From assembly GCF_026210795.1 (NCBI RefSeq), contig NC_089434.1:4526001-4590000 (forward strand): a DNA stretch of 64,000 nucleotides. The letters run 5' to 3'. Below the pieces are notes generated by a model. It was not told where the DNA came from. It searched no databases and saw only the letters and a list, made by a program, of their open reading frames with translations. The position numbers and the translations under genes were made by a program. Numbering within the stretch: position 1 is the first letter of the stretch; every line of letters begins with the position of its first letter. Shown one piece after another: positions 1 to 14,420 of this stretch. Source of the DNA: Rhizophagus irregularis. Its lineage: Eukaryota.

Positions 1-174
1 AATATTTAGTTCATATTTTTTCTTTTTTTTTGATGTTAATATTTGCTTCTAAAAATCCTATGTATATTCATCGAAGTCAGACTTTACTCATATTGATCTA
101 ATGATAAATTTATTCCAAAAAAAAATAAAAAAATACAAGTAAAATTAAAAAAAAAAATCATTTATCGTCATGAG

Positions 175-630
175 AAAAAAAAGATGAAGAAAATCGGAGA
201 GGAAAGAAAACAGAAAATTTAATTAAAAGAAAATTTAATGTAGGTGAGCGGAACGCGCCGCAAAAATATAGTGCCTTTAAAATGCACGCAGAAGCCTTTT
301 CGTATTCCTCGTGATATTTCGAATCCATAAGACTACAGTATTGTAAAAGGCAAAACCCCAAAGTGTGTTGAAAGAATTTCTGAATATTCTAACAAAAGAA
401 AAAGAAGCCATTGATCTTTTAGTAAATAATTTTTTATCAAATTACCATGAAAGACGACATTTCAAAAGAAAAAGAAGTCATTGATAGTAAATAATTTTTT
501 ATCACAAATTACCTTGAAGGATCATAAGATTTTTATAGGCGCGAGTTCCGCCCGCCAACATTAGATCTTTTTTTAATTGTGCCTTCCGGTTTCTTTCTTC
601 TCCGATTTCCTTCGTCTTCCTTCTCCCGAT
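175..630. repeat. Imperfect inverted arms (about 175-262 and 538-630) around a core that recurs at 50764-50906 and partly at 1200-1260
   Basis: gaaaatcggagaggaaagaaa...tgtaggtgagcggaacgcgcc vs ggcgcgagttccgcccgccaaca...ttctttcttctccgatttc; core aaagacgacatttcaaaagaaaaagaagtcattgatagtaaataat recurs. Confidence 0.55.
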
Positions 631-1464
631 TACTACGCGGTGAATGCGATGCCTCGTTCATTCAAGGACTAACATTTGATTCTTTGCCGGATGATGCATT
701 TATTACAATAAAGCAATCTAAAACGATTCATAATATCGCATTGTTCGTTTAATTTAATTATGATTTAAATAATCGTTTTTTTCCAAGTATAGGTTCCGAA
801 GTAATAAATATGATGATGTTCCAATTATTCGACCAACAATTAATGACAACATCGGTAATAAGCTTAGCAATTGGTACGATGTTTACGTGATCTTGAATTT
901 CACGAAATAAGGCATGAAACATGTGCATTACACTCTTGTTCCTATCAGTAATGTCACAGCTTTATTAAAATTGTTATTGCGTCTCGACCAAGTTCAGAAA
1001 AGGTAATTGAATGATCCTTTTCCAAAGAGATATTATAGTATTCATCACTAACATTATTCCCATTCCCATTTCGAATAGACAAGTTTCGTAATTTACTCTC
1101 AAAGGTTGACATAATAACTTTCGATTCAGTTTCATTGGTTAGTCTGTTGTCACAAAACTCTTTGATTACGATAGATTTTGTACATTCGATTAATTTACGA
1201 CATTTCAAAAGAAAAGGAAGTCATTGATGGTAAATAATTTTTTATCATAAATTACCTTAGGAGTATACAATTTAATGACGCATTTGTAGCAACAGATTCT
1301 GTAAAGTGATAAAAAGAATTATCTTTGGTATATCAACAGAAATACATGATTGCTGTTACATTTAGATGCATTCTAGAGGGACGACCAAGACCTCTATTTA
1401 TATACAAAATTGCAACGGAGTACATGCATTGTGGCTCAGCAAAAATCTTTCGATGATTAGCGTA

Positions 1465-1630
1465 TGGTGATTTACTGAATTAGGACCGTGTTTCATGTTT
1501 TCGTGTTTTGTTGTGAAGAATTTTAGATTGTTTTGTTGTGAACGATTTACTGAATTAGGATCGTGTTTCGTATTAAGTGAATCAAAAAATTCTTCGCAAC
1601 AAAACACGATCCTAATTCAGTAAATCACCA
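1465..1630. mobile_element. MITE, about 166 bp, TA TSD (Tc1/mariner-like)
   Basis: TIRs TGGTGATTTACTGAATTAGGA(C/T)CGTGTTT / AAACACGATCCTAATTCAGTAAATCACCA, TA on both sides, a third internal copy of the TIR motif at about 1545. Confidence 0.7.
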
Positions 1631-3179
1631 TAAATACTTTGTAACACATGTAATAACAAATTGCGCGACGTGAGGCGTATGCAACTTTTTTAATTAAAAA
1701 AAACGTAGTACTAAACGTAAAAAATAATATTAATAAAAAAATTCAATCATAAATTAATAATTATGATCTGGATAGAACAGGATAGAACCGTTATCCGGAT
1801 ATCGTAATTGTTGCGCCACTACTATAATGGTGCAATCATCCGGATATCCGAGAAAATAAAATTATCCGATTGAAAATTTCCAGCCTTTTTTTTTTATTTC
1901 TTGTTGATATTCACGCATTGACATTATCCATATGGTCGGCTTTTTATTTTTCTCAGAAGCAAAAAAGCCTCTAATAAGGTAAATTCAAGAATTCTTATTG
2001 TGAACCAATTTTTCTCCCCAATTTTACTTCGCAATCTCTTTGTATTACAGTATAGATTAAAGAATAAAGTAAATAATTGAGAAATCTAGACCTAATCAAA
2101 CCAGTTTCAGCCATAAATCAATAAATAAACTGGTTGAGAACAATCAAAGCCATAAGGGGATGCTGTGTAATAAGCGACGCGTCCCGTAATTGATTCTTAT
2201 GAGTTGATTTTTATGATTTTTATGAGTTGATTCTTCTAAGTTGAACCTGAGTCGAAATAGAATATTCACGGGATGAACCAATGAAAAAAATGGAACAATT
2301 TTTTTTGAAAGACTGATGATATACAGTAAATATTTACTAAAAATAGATAAAAAATTTCTTATCACGCTATCAAAATTAAACTTAAAAATTTTATGCCTTT
2401 GGGTTATAACTAATTATCCAAGATTTTACACAAATAAAAAAATAGACAAATAATCATGTAATCATCATCAATTAAATTCTTTATATGTTTATTCATTGTT
2501 ACTGAATTCAGTTTTTTGTACAATAATTGACAATAAATCGTACAACGACAAATGAACGGTCGATTAACCGATTAACTACGATTTATTTTATTTAACTAAT
2601 AATATTATTTTACAAAGAAGAATTTTTGATGGCATAAAGTATTGAATTTTATAATATACGAATAATACGATCAATATAAGGAAATTTTGGCACGATTTAT
2701 TAAAAGTAAATTGACCGATATTAATCAATAATTTCTTATTTATAAAGTAAACGTATAATATTAAATAATTTAGATTAGAATCGTGTAATTATATGGGAGG
2801 AATGTGTGTGTGCAAGTGTTGTTTGAGATTCATTTTTAAATAATTTTTAATTTGAAGTATTTTTAATGGAGTTTTACTACGGGTCTATTTATAATGTAGC
2901 CAAATCGGTGCCTATACATGTTTAGAAGTTTAATACTAAACCTTGAGAGGAAAAACAAATAAACCGATGTATATTTCTGTGATTTGACGAGTTTAAATTA
3001 AGCTTTTTATAAATTCCTGTTTATAGTGATATATATAAAAATAACCATACCTGGAAACAATTCCTTATACTACTGCGATTTTTTTTTTCTCGTTTAATTT
3101 AAATTATATAATAAGTTTAAAATAAGATTCCATAAAATAGAATGAAATATAAAAAAAAAACTTTTCTATTATCAAAACA

Positions 3180-3930
3180 TTGGATGGGTCACTTGTATAC
3201 CTGATGGCTGATTATACTGCATTCATACAAGTTATTATACAATCTCAATTTGTTTTCTTGGACTTGAAAAATTACTTTATGGTGATTATCGCCAGCAGTG
3301 TATTTCAATTTTTAACCGTCATTACGCTGAATTTGCTGACCCAATATATTTATTATGCTTTTTTTTACATCCGTATTATACTGGTAAGTTTTGATCATAA
3401 AGAAAAAATATATATATATATTTTAGACACGCATCTTATCTGTAATTTTTATAATAACAGTAATTAAGAATACAATAAGTTTTTTTTTTAAAAAAAAAAC
3501 AAAGTATATTATAACACAATTTGTATTTAATAATGAATTACATAATTATATTATTTCGAATTATGTATTTTCTAATGATTATAGTAATAGATAAAATAGT
3601 AACGTAATATGAATTATTTCATATGATTTATTATTTTAGAAATTTGCAGGGCACGAGTACTTTTTTAAGAGATTTATTAGCAGATGAAATTTGGGAAAAA
3701 AAAGCTGAACGTAAAGAATTATTAATGAAACAATATCGTAAACGAGAAAAACCTTTTGATATCAAAATAGGTGATACTGAAACTCCATATACTTGGTGGT
3801 TTCAATTGAAGATAACTTTCCTAAAGAATGAAAATTACCTAGTAGTTCAATTAGCACTTTTAAAAACTCTTTTCCATCACACCTCATGCAGCTGGATGTG
3901 AGCGAGTATTATCAAGTCTTGGTTGTGGAA
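3180..3930 (+). mobile_element. hAT transposase C-terminal relic (dimerisation domain)
   Basis: Frameshifted translation FNRHYAEFADPIYLLCFFLHPYY, an intron, then TPYTWWF...YLVVQLAL...SITPHAAGCERVLSSLG. Confidence 0.75.
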
Positions 3931-6900
3931 GGATTGAATTGGGCCTTTAAATATAATATAGTATACATTATACAGTATACTACATTTATTTCTCCCTGAT
4001 GAATCATTTGTCCTAAATTACTGATTCAAATTATTATTTAGCAAATTTTGTGATGAATTATGAAAGAAATTTCTGAATTGAAAAAAAGATCACATAAATA
4101 AGATCCGAAAAGAAATTTTAAAACAACATACCTATGTTGATTGTTAAAGTGAAATTTATGGCCAAGCGAAAAAGAAAACCAATAACATCTTTAACACTCC
4201 TTATACCTTTGTGACCTGCACATATTAAATATACGAAGGTCATCGAGGTGAATAAAAAAAAAAATTTCCAAAAAATCACGGTGAGATGTTTTGATTGTAT
4301 ACCCAATCTGTATATCGCGTTAATCTAATGTGCGAATGGTATCAATGATCAGCAAAAAAAAAATCTAACAGCTAATGTGAGTTATCATTTAAGATTTTCA
4401 ATGAGAATTTTCGTTCGTTGACCCAACAACTAACTCAATTGGCAATTCATGAGCACACCCAATTAATCATAATTTTACAAGATCAAATCATTCTTAATAC
4501 AAATTTAACTTGACAGTTTAATATTCTCTCAACTTCTTATGATGTACAGTATAAATCTTTCCAGGAGGTGATCGGTTTGGTGGAGTATAACTAACTAACT
4601 CTTGGACGAGATGGAAATGATACAAATTTTATTTAAAATTCAGTCTTCAACGTCTCGAAAATTTTGGAAAGCGCTTGATGGTGCTTGATTCATCGCGAGA
4701 GTTCTGGCGGTTAGATAATGAAATAACTTCATACCGTTACAAATATCACCTTTCAGCTCATTAATTTCCCTATAAAAATTTTTTAGAAAATTGAAAAATC
4801 ACTGGCTCACGGATTTCTTTAATTATGAGAACGTTTCACGTTGTATTTTGATTCTCATTTCAATCAATTTTGAAACGTATCATTAAATATTACAGTGATA
4901 TTATTCTTTTTCCTAGCTTACTGATAGCATGAAAGAGAGCATGCGTGTGCTCTGTCATTAACCATTCGACACGAACATGAGAACCTTGAGGGACAGAATA
5001 CCCAGGAGGATAGGTGGCTGAAGTTTAATTTACTGCATAAAGATTGAGGCACCCGAGAAGAGTTTGAAGACCAAAAAATCATATATTTATACTTCTAGAT
5101 TTGTCAATTCACTTTTTTTTATCACTTGGATCGTTAAATTTTTAATAACAGCAATAAATACAACTGAAGGATGTTACTTTATCATGAGCAAAAACGGAAC
5201 TTTATTAAATAAATTTTACATTTATTGAGTTGTATTATCGGAACGACAAAAAAAGGGATTAACTACCACTATAACGATAAAGCTAAACTTAAAAAAAAAA
5301 AGGAAAATTTGTAAAGTAAAAAGAGTTGTAATCATCCAACAAAGTGATCCAATAAAATTATAATTGATATACATCTTTAATCTATTCATCGTACGGGATT
5401 TATAAATTTGTTATAATCTTTCTATTTATTCTTGACGTGTTTCTTTCTTGTGTTAGTTTTGTTGCTTTCTTCATGATGGAGAAACAAGAATTATTGATGT
5501 CATCCATCAAGTATTGCTGATTACAGTAATACAATTTATTATTTCATTTAATAGTTCACATGATTTTTCTTAAATGTTGTCGTTGTTCTATTTACAATGT
5601 CAAAATAAGCATGACTTATTAAACTGATCACAATATGGTTCCACCTTTTGCATGTTAAACGTAGAAGAATTCCTACATAATAATAACTGATATATAAAAT
5701 GATAGACTATGCCAAAATAATCAGGTATAAATTATTATTTATCAAGTTTCGGAATATAAAGTGTTATCGCCAATCGCCAATCGATCAAGAAAAATTTATG
5801 GTTATTGATAAATTTTTTTTTTCACCTCTGAATATAAAGAGAATATAATATATATTAATAAAAATATTTTAAATATTTCTAATCAATACTCATACTTTTA
5901 ATACTTACGCCCACTCTACTAAGGTAAAGGTCGTCGATAGGAGAGTATTGTGAACTTCTGATAAAATTGAGAAGATGCGGTCAGTCTTTATCAATAATAC
6001 TGTGAAAATCCTATCTATGCAAAATTCTTAGAAGTCTTACATTCTCAGAAAAAAATCCATACTTTTGAACAGCAAGTATGAAGTGGAAAGGGCCATTATC
6101 CGTCGTGGCTTTAAGTAAAATTTTATCCATTTCAGTAAGTGGTGTTTGCTATTTTGCTGTAAGAACGAAGATCGTGGCCAATTTCAAACTTCAAAGTATT
6201 CTGAAATAAGACTTTTATTGTTAACATTCTAGTTTGAACGAAATTGAAATTTAATTGGAATTAATGATTTCGTTTGTCTATTATTTATAAATTCGGAAAA
6301 AAATATCGAAAATAAAATACAATGAATGATAAATAAGTAAATTTAATACTATCTAGTATTAAAAAAAAAAATTTGAAAAAATGCTCTATTAATTTAAATA
6401 AATTTCAATACCGAATATAATAATAATTGGCGACGAGTATAATTTTGTGAGTTGTAACGAAAGAAATGAAAGGACTTAAATTTAAATTTTTAAATTAAGA
6501 AATTCAACTTTAGCTCATAGTTTAAATATAAATCTAATGATCTAGTGATCGGTTGATCGACACTCCCATGTCGCGTAAAGTTCAAAACTTCTCGAACTTT
6601 GTCGTTAAACATTCAAAGTTTCAAACCACTTGCCTCTAATTTTCGATCGCCAACCATCTTTTGAGCTTGTAAGAAGACGACATTGAGCGAATGCGTTTGT
6701 CTCGTCTTCGGAACAACCAGCCGTAATTCCAGACAGAACGTAAGTGGACGCAGAAACGGCAAAGGACAAAGACGTCGCCTACTGAGAAAGAGACGAAGTT
6801 ACGCTCATGATCAAGAAAAACAATATATTTATCATCAGCAGAATCATAATCTACTCCTTTAACACCTCGACATCATTATTCTTTGCTAAATAATAGTAAT

Positions 6901-7149
6901 GCATCGATGCCAGATCTTTCAAAAAAATTATCACCACAAAATCACGGCAATATTAACAATTCGCTTAAGAAAATTAGAGGTAAAATTGACAAAGATTATT
7001 CACCTGAATATTTAGTGAATTAACACAACAATAATGTTTCTTTGATTCACAGTTTTACGCTTGATCTCTACCGAGAAATTTATTAGATCTTTTAACACGC
7101 GTTATTTACTTTTCAATTCAATTTTTATTGAATGCACTCTTGACCGCGA

Positions 7150-7392
7150 CTGGAAACTAACCTACAAATCGCCAACTCGTTTTACGAGATGGCCAATATT
7201 ATTATCAACCATAACAAGTATGAAATACTAGCGAATAATACCAAATTATGTAACACCGACATCGACATTAAAATCACACACAACAAATCCATCAACATAC
7301 GTACTTCTTCACGTTCTTTCTCTCCCTTTGGATCTCCGATTCTTTGGTGCCAATCTTTTAGATATTCTAAATTAAAAGATCCTAGCATTTGA
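7150..7392 (+). mobile_element. Non-LTR retrotransposon reverse-transcriptase C-terminal fragment (degenerate)
   Basis: LQIANSFYEMANIIINHNKYEIL resembles the post-YxDD segment of fungal LINE RTs; no core motif retained. Confidence 0.4.
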
Positions 7393-10300
7393 GTTCTATA
7401 TTCAAGATACTACCAGACCCGTTTTTAGGAATGACTAATACTTTTCTACAAGCATGACCCAAATGAATTTCTGGGAATGCCCCATGTGTCTTAATTCACA
7501 TGTCCTGGCAAATAATGATTCGGTTCAAGGCCTCGACAATAAATACTAGCTTCATAGCTTCCCTCTTCTGGTAGAACTGTCGATTCTAGTTCAGTATAAG
7601 GAGATTCTCAACGCAGGGATGTCTTTTCAGTACATCCTTTCTGCAACCCAACTAAAGTCTTTCGCTTGCCTTTTCGAAAATACAAGATCAGATATGTGTC
7701 AGGATATTATTTTTCAGAATATGTTATAATTGGTATAGTTTGAAAGATATTTAATCGTCAGAGAGAAAAATTTTCAACACTATTGCTATATATCGCTTTA
7801 CGATTATGAGAGATTCATGATATGGCGGATGTTAGACAGCAGCGTATGAAAATCCGCTAATATATCACTACAATGACTGTTGTTAAAGCAGTGCTGGCAA
7901 ATACACAAAGAAAACCTGTCTTCTGATGATATTATTGATGCAAACCCCTCATTAGATTGTATTAATTTAGGAAATAATACTTCAAATATCTGTTAGAGAA
8001 AATGGAAGGGAAAATGGAATTTCTCACGGTTTTAGTTACAACATAGATTTGATCGAAATGATGTTCTAAACCACAAACACACAGTGACACAGCTCAGGGA
8101 TACACTTTAGTTGTATGATTCTAAGTTGCTGTTGCGCATTCAACTTCTAACCAAGATTAGATATGGCTTTGTCCTTAAGAAACCATCGACGGTCTAATTT
8201 CTAATGAATATAAGAGGGAACTCTTCTTAATTACAAGATTGCTCGCATTCACTGCGCTCGAAAGGTTACCAGATGAGCATGTGCTACTCGGCACTCCACA
8301 TTTTGGTGTGATGATATCTCCGAGTGGCGTAAAAATATTTCAATTAAACTGATAATCTCATTACAATTTCGCGTAAGGGCAAAAGGTATTATTATCCGAA
8401 GCTAGAGTTTTGTATCGCTATGTTGTACTGTTTATGATTTGTTGAGAATTGCTCAACTACCTTATTTTATTAATACAAAGGAAAAAAAAAATAAATAGAG
8501 GGGCAAAAGAAATATGGCAATATTTTTAGAGATTACACTACTGAAATTCAGAAGTTAAAAACGTGGATTAAAAGCCATTGGAAAAATTTTTATTCACAGA
8601 AAACGCGTTGATCTTTGTTTTAGATTGCATACGATAAGCATTAATTTTGAGGAGCAATAGAGGAAGAAAGAAGAGGAGATTAAAAATCAATTGAAAGAGG
8701 CGAAAAATTAATCAATAAGCGGGGGTCTTTACGTTTGATAAATCGGCCAAAAACGCAATCATATAGGAGTTTAATAGGAATATGAATTAGATATTGAACA
8801 TATGAAAACCCGATGGAATCTAGGGCCCATCATTTAGAAACAGACACAAAAGAGAATAACTTATCAAGCAAAGAATCAGAGCCACAGGAGAATTTCGAAT
8901 CGATGAGAAAGATAGATTTTAATGCTATAAAGATTTGTTGTATTATTTATGGATTACTTTAACTAAGCGTCAACAAGACAGAACGAAAGTATGTAATCCG
9001 AATGAACCAAGTGACAAGACCAATAAGTCGACTAGCAAATTGTCACCCATCAAGTCAAAAGTCAAACAAACAAAAGAAACAGAAATTTCAAGAAACACCG
9101 GACGAAGGGTATCTCAAAAATTTTTAATATTCGTGTCCGCAGATTTTCCAGGACAACTATGTTCATTAGTAGTAATTGTTTTAACTTCTAAATTGCCTTT
9201 TAAATTTATTATAGAAATTGCTTCACAACTTGAACTACATCATCTATCATTTGGGTCAAATACTGAATTTCAATTATAGGAACAAATACTTTAAAGAATG
9301 ACCAATGCATATTTATTTTTTTATACTCAATCTTTGAACAAGTTTGCTTCAGAGTAGGAAGCAAGAACATACTAAGAAAGCAACAAGAAGTGCTGTGACA
9401 GGTGCTTATCTCTTAACATGCACAATATCAATTCAATACTCTAGCGCCAATTATAGATTGTAAATGATGATGTAGCTTTTTTCATCAAATTTAAAAATGT
9501 TTAAATCATTAGGAGATACAGCCAGGTATTTGAAAGGTTCCTATATTTTATCTTTTAGAATAGATAATTATTTATTATTTAAATAGATATATTAAGTAAA
9601 ATTGTACGAATTCATATAAACGATCTTTAATTAATGTCATGATCGGGAAATTTTTTGGGGGATGAAAAGGTGACATGATAAATATCCGGGGTTGTCGATG
9701 TGGTTAAATTAGGTTAATTATTTTAAAAATTTTTGAATTTTTAAAATATCTTGAGATCTAGTGATCATAGAAAGATGAAATTATATTTGTTAGATTCCTC
9801 TTATTAAGGCGCATTTAATGGTAATAAAATAATAACTCTAAAATTGATAAATAAAAGGTTATATTAATATATAAAATTTTAGATTTTATAAGTTATCCTA
9901 TCACATAATATTTGTAGAAGGACAATTTTATTCTATCAGATTCTTCTCATTAAGACGCATCAAATGGTGGTAATTTTATATTTCTAGGGTTAATAGATAA
10001 AAAAATATTTCAATTTAAAAAATTTAGCTACTATTTGTTATAATTTGTCGATCATTTACTTTTAAAAAACCCCATTAATCAAATTGAACTTTTTTTTTCG
10101 ATTTTTACTTAGAAAATACTAAAGAATTTATTACAAAAATATTGGTTTATGTAATAAAATATTTTAAGGTATTTAAAAGTTTCTTTAATTAAAAAACAAA
10201 ATTGTAGGCAAATTTGGCTGCAAAACAGTTTAAGGGATAGTAACAACCGATAATTATCTTATAGTTACTTTGCAAAAAATTTGCCAACTTATCGTCAATA

Positions 10301-11122
10301 AATAGTTTCGAAATAAGTAATAAAAGTATTAATAAATTAGTGGCTAAAGTAGGAGATTAGGCGAAAAAATTAAAGATGTTTTGTCGAATTATTAGATATT
10401 ATTCAACGAAGCTTATTATTTATTTATTTGATAGATAAATCAGATTTTATTTAATTATTGTAATAATTGTAATAGCAATTTTCATTGTAATAATACATTG
10501 TAATCGAAATGACTGATAAAAACGCAAATAATAAAACAGTATTATAATAAAATTCGCTATATTTAATAAAAACGTTATATCCAACCCAATTTTTATAATT
10601 ATTAGCGAAGTTTCGGTCATTTCTAGATGGCACTACTAAATTTTTAGTCATTAATGTTGTTAGATTTGCTAAATTTGATGGCGTAATCTGTTGCCCATTT
10701 GCGAGTGACGTTTGCATTGATGAATGAATATATATCATTAGCAAATTGAAGAACATTTGGATTTGCACATAGCCAAATGGTAAGCTGAAAGATCGTATCC
10801 ATGTTATTAAAACATAGTGGAAGTGTAGGCGAAGCAAATGCATTAATCAAATGTAAAGAAGCTAATATATTTAAATCTCTTGATCCTGGACGTGAAGGAG
10901 CTGATGTACTATCAAGATCATCCGTATTTCTATGGACTTCTATAATTAATACTATCTGAAAGACGAAAGCATATCTATATAGGGTATATTCATCGTACTT
11001 TATCGGCAAAGTGTAAAATTTATTGAATATTAAAGAGAAAGAAAGTCATTTAAACTCTCTTTAGTTTTCTTCTTTTAATGATCCTGCTGTTATCATCGTT
11101 ATCATCAGCGTTTATAACAACT

Positions 11123-12119
11123 TCATACTCGGTATACTTTCTTTTGTTTCCGGTATTGCCATTGATCTAGTATTTATTTTTACATATATTATTTAAAGAT
11201 TATTTAAAGATTATAATAACAAATCATAATAAATTTATTTACTTACTGGAATCCCTTGAGCTTTTAACAATTCTATTTCATATTTAGTTAATTGAAGACA
11301 GAACCCTGAGTTGGGTTCTATTATCGATCTTCTTTTTTTTAAATGATTAAAAGCGTCAAGATAAGTGAGCCCTTGCTTCAATAGATAAGCCAAAACCAAG
11401 GTAGCTGAGCGGGATACACCCGCCCAACAGTGAATTAGGACACGTCCACCTTCTTGATTTGCTTCATGTATAAAAGCATTTGAAACCTATAAATTTTATA
11501 AAAATTAATTATTATTTTCATCCAAACAAGAATATTCATATAATTATTAAAAATTATAAAGTATACTTACTTCAAAAAACTTCGATATTTTTCCTTTTGG
11601 ATCGTCTGAAACGTACAGCCTTAGGTATTTAGGTTTCCAATCGGGGTACCTAATTAAAAAAAAAATTTAATAAAAAAAAAAGATAAAATAAAAATAAATA
11701 TTATTTAATCACTTACTTTTGTGAAATGCAATAAGTTATCCGCGATGGCCCAAAAAAATTTATACAAGGGGAGATATTGACGATATGTGAAATTTTATTC
11801 TCGGCTAACAACCTACTATTTGCAGCAGTTACTGCATCCGATATGTATAAGAAATCTTCAATTATTTCTGTAGGTTTATCAGCCTTATTGGCTAGTTCAA
11901 TGGCAACTACCGACAAGCTTGTCTCCTAAAAGAATTTATTTATTTAAATATTTATTTAAATCCAAATTTGTGTTTGAGTTATATACATACCCGAGTAGAG
12001 GTCTTAAAGTGTGGCACTTTTACACCTCCAACGAATTGATCTTGATATAACATCGCTCTATCTTTAATAGGTAAGATAGATAATCGGATGTCACCAACAG
12101 TGATAAATTGTGTATTCAT
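11123..12119 (-). CDS. Dual-specificity protein phosphatase (DSPc), five coding exons
   Basis: Exons 12119-11991, 11925-11717, about 11649-11571, about 11486-11246 and about 11166-11123 with GT-AG introns splice in frame; motifs PTEIIEDFLYISD, VSDD, active site VLIHCWAGVSRSATLVLAYL, and RSIIEPNSGF; probable 5'UTR intron at 12121-12214. Confidence 0.9.
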
Positions 12120-12706
12120 ACTAAAAAAATAACGATGATAACAATTAATATACTAAATTATTTATTTAGTCACTTCACACAAAATAAAATATTGCTAAAA
12201 ACAAGGCTTTTTACTTTGTTATTGTCAAAAAACTGATAAAAAAAACCGAAAAAATTATGCTAAAGAAAAAAAAAGAATTTATCAGTATTATTATTTATAA
12301 TATAAATATAAGGAAATGAAGAGTATAATGAGCGATAACATCAATTCTACATACATGGTAAAGAAAGAAGTGTAAACCTCTGTAACGGACTAACGGTTCA
12401 GTTAACGGTTTTTTGTTTTGTTTTATAGATTATTTTGGTCAGCCGGCTGAACTAAAAAGGAAATGATCAACCAACAGTTTATTTTGACAGTTTTGACAAT
12501 TTGTCCAATCAGAAATGACGCGACAGTGACGCACCGTGAAAGATGAAATCCTCACGTGATTTTTCAATTTATACTCTCCGCTGGGGGGTTGGATTAACTC
12601 GCATCCGTTTAGTTTAGTCTCGTTTTTGTAATTCGTGCTTCTAGCATTTGCTGTAATACCGGTTCTTGTCTATATTATAAAAATAAAGAGTGTGGTACGC
12701 ATTTAA

Positions 12707-13975
12707 TTATATGAAAAAAAAATTGTTACACCGAATTTTACTAACGTGCACCTCCAATGCATTAGTCTGATCATCCGAAATCTTCGAAATCGATAATAGA
12801 GTCATCCTGATCATCGGGTAATTCGATGTTGGGATTTTTGGAGAAATAGTCAATAATAGTCTGAATTTGACTATCGAATAATTCTGAATAGAATTCGCAG
12901 TATATGTTGTGATATACTTGATTTTATCAAATCCTATTTTCTCAAATAATTTGCATATATCTCTTGCTCTCTGAGTTTGTTTTAATAAAGTGTTACGTTT
13001 AGTACCAGGAGGAAGGAGTTTAATAAGATTGTCATAAATCATACCTTTTGCTTTTTTCTCGCCAACTTTATACTCGGTCGTAAACTCTGCGGTCTTTTTA
13101 TCGAATTCCACAATATAGGAGCACCAACACAATATTTCTTTTTGATTAGCTTGGAATTTCTTCATCTTTCGCATCCCATGCTTCTTGTATTAAGCACGCT
13201 AAATTTTGTAATATATTTGAGGGATTACCTGTATCAGATTTTCATGACGGGCCGTCATGGAAATTTCAACCATGTGATTTTTCTCAGGTGTCGAAGTGGC
13301 CGTGAAATCGGATACATCCTGTACAATATTCTCCGCTTCCCTCTTCTTATGTGATTGGGATTTTTCAACTTAAGAAGACGCTTCGCATAAGTCCTGGGAA
13401 GATAGTTCACGTCGGTGTTTCTTTTCCTCAGACGACTTGGTATTTATGTCATTGGGTGCAGAGTCATCTTCAGGCGTCGCATCCAACTTCTCTTCTTTAA
13501 CAGGTTGCCCATCCGCGTCCAGACTGATGTTGTTGGATTGATCCTCGTCGTGCATAGTGTTCTCAGATTTTTTAGACGCCTCCTTTGCATCCCGTTCACT
13601 TCGCTTTTTCTGTCTTATCTCTTCACTAATGCTTTTCGTATGTTCCTCGATCAAGAAAATAACTGTATCTCCCACTTGCGGTTGCTCATCCACTGACGGA
13701 GAAGCCTGCTCATCCACCGAAAAGCTCTGTACCACCTTCGCGAGTCTATTCTCAAGTTCCGTATTTTTTAGTTCTTGTTCCTTCCTGAAATTCGCTACCT
13801 CGCGTTTAAGATCAAAATTCTCCGTAAAGAGGTCAGCATTCTTCTTTTTAAGCTTGTCAATCTTTCCTCATACAAAGAAGCGCTTATACTCCATTCTTCG
13901 CGCTCAACCTTTATGCTCGGCAATCTTTGCCTCCAGCTCAACGTTACGTTGTCTCAAAACTTCAAGCTCAGATGA
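12707..13975 (-). pseudogene. Frameshifted member of a multicopy coiled-coil hypothetical family
   Basis: N-terminal SELEVLRQRNVELEAKIAEH coiled coil; C-terminal EILCWCSY...KKAKGMIYD...QTQRARDICKLFEKIGFDKIKYITTYTANSI; broken by stops and frameshifts. Confidence 0.55.
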
Positions 13976-14100
13976 GTAGGTAATGTTGGTAAAAAATATT
14001 CTATCTTTTTGATATCGTAACACTATACAATATATCAAATTATTTGATGCAAAGAAATTATGGGAATAACAACTCTACAATAATATATTTATTAGCAACT

Positions 14101-14420
14101 TTTTGAAGATGCGAGAGTTTGTGTTAATCTTTCAATCTTGTAACTAGTTCGGGCTTCGTTTCTATGCTTAACTTTAATTTTGAGGTTTTTGATTGTTTTC
14201 TCAACCATTTGATGTTCCCTTTCAGAAAGGCCCTACGTAGATCGTCAGGAGATCTAAGTTCCAATATTTTTCAAAATTTGGACAAGTGGACCACCTTTAT
14301 AGAAAGCGGTTGCACTTAACTCAATGTTTATCATCATTTTGTCCCTAGTGAGACGGGCAGATTGATATACTCTTGCCATACTTCGGCTCCTCCGGAAATA
14401 GAACGGGCTTTTTCCAGGAT
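14101..14420 (-). pseudogene. Argonaute relic 1 (ArgoL1 to start of PAZ)
   Basis: GGAEVWQ..YQSARLTRDKMMINIELSATAFYKGGPLVQ..SPDDLRR..QMVEKTIKNLKIKVKHRNEARTSYKIERLT; strong DNA similarity to 39880-40100. Confidence 0.85.

Noticed and set aside
9688..10060. Repeated gattc(c/t)tct..ttaa.gcgcat..aatggt motif, similar to 29300-29345
   Set aside because: Likely a dispersed repeat, but no termini or TSD could be defined
10451..11009. Overlapping 121-aa and 130-aa minus-strand ORFs downstream of the phosphatase
   Set aside because: Probably a frameshifted hypothetical-gene fragment; no recognisable domain or in-frame splice to the phosphatase
13415..13979. Plus-strand ORFs of 93, 140 and 66 aa
   Set aside because: Antisense shadows of the minus-strand coiled-coil pseudogene
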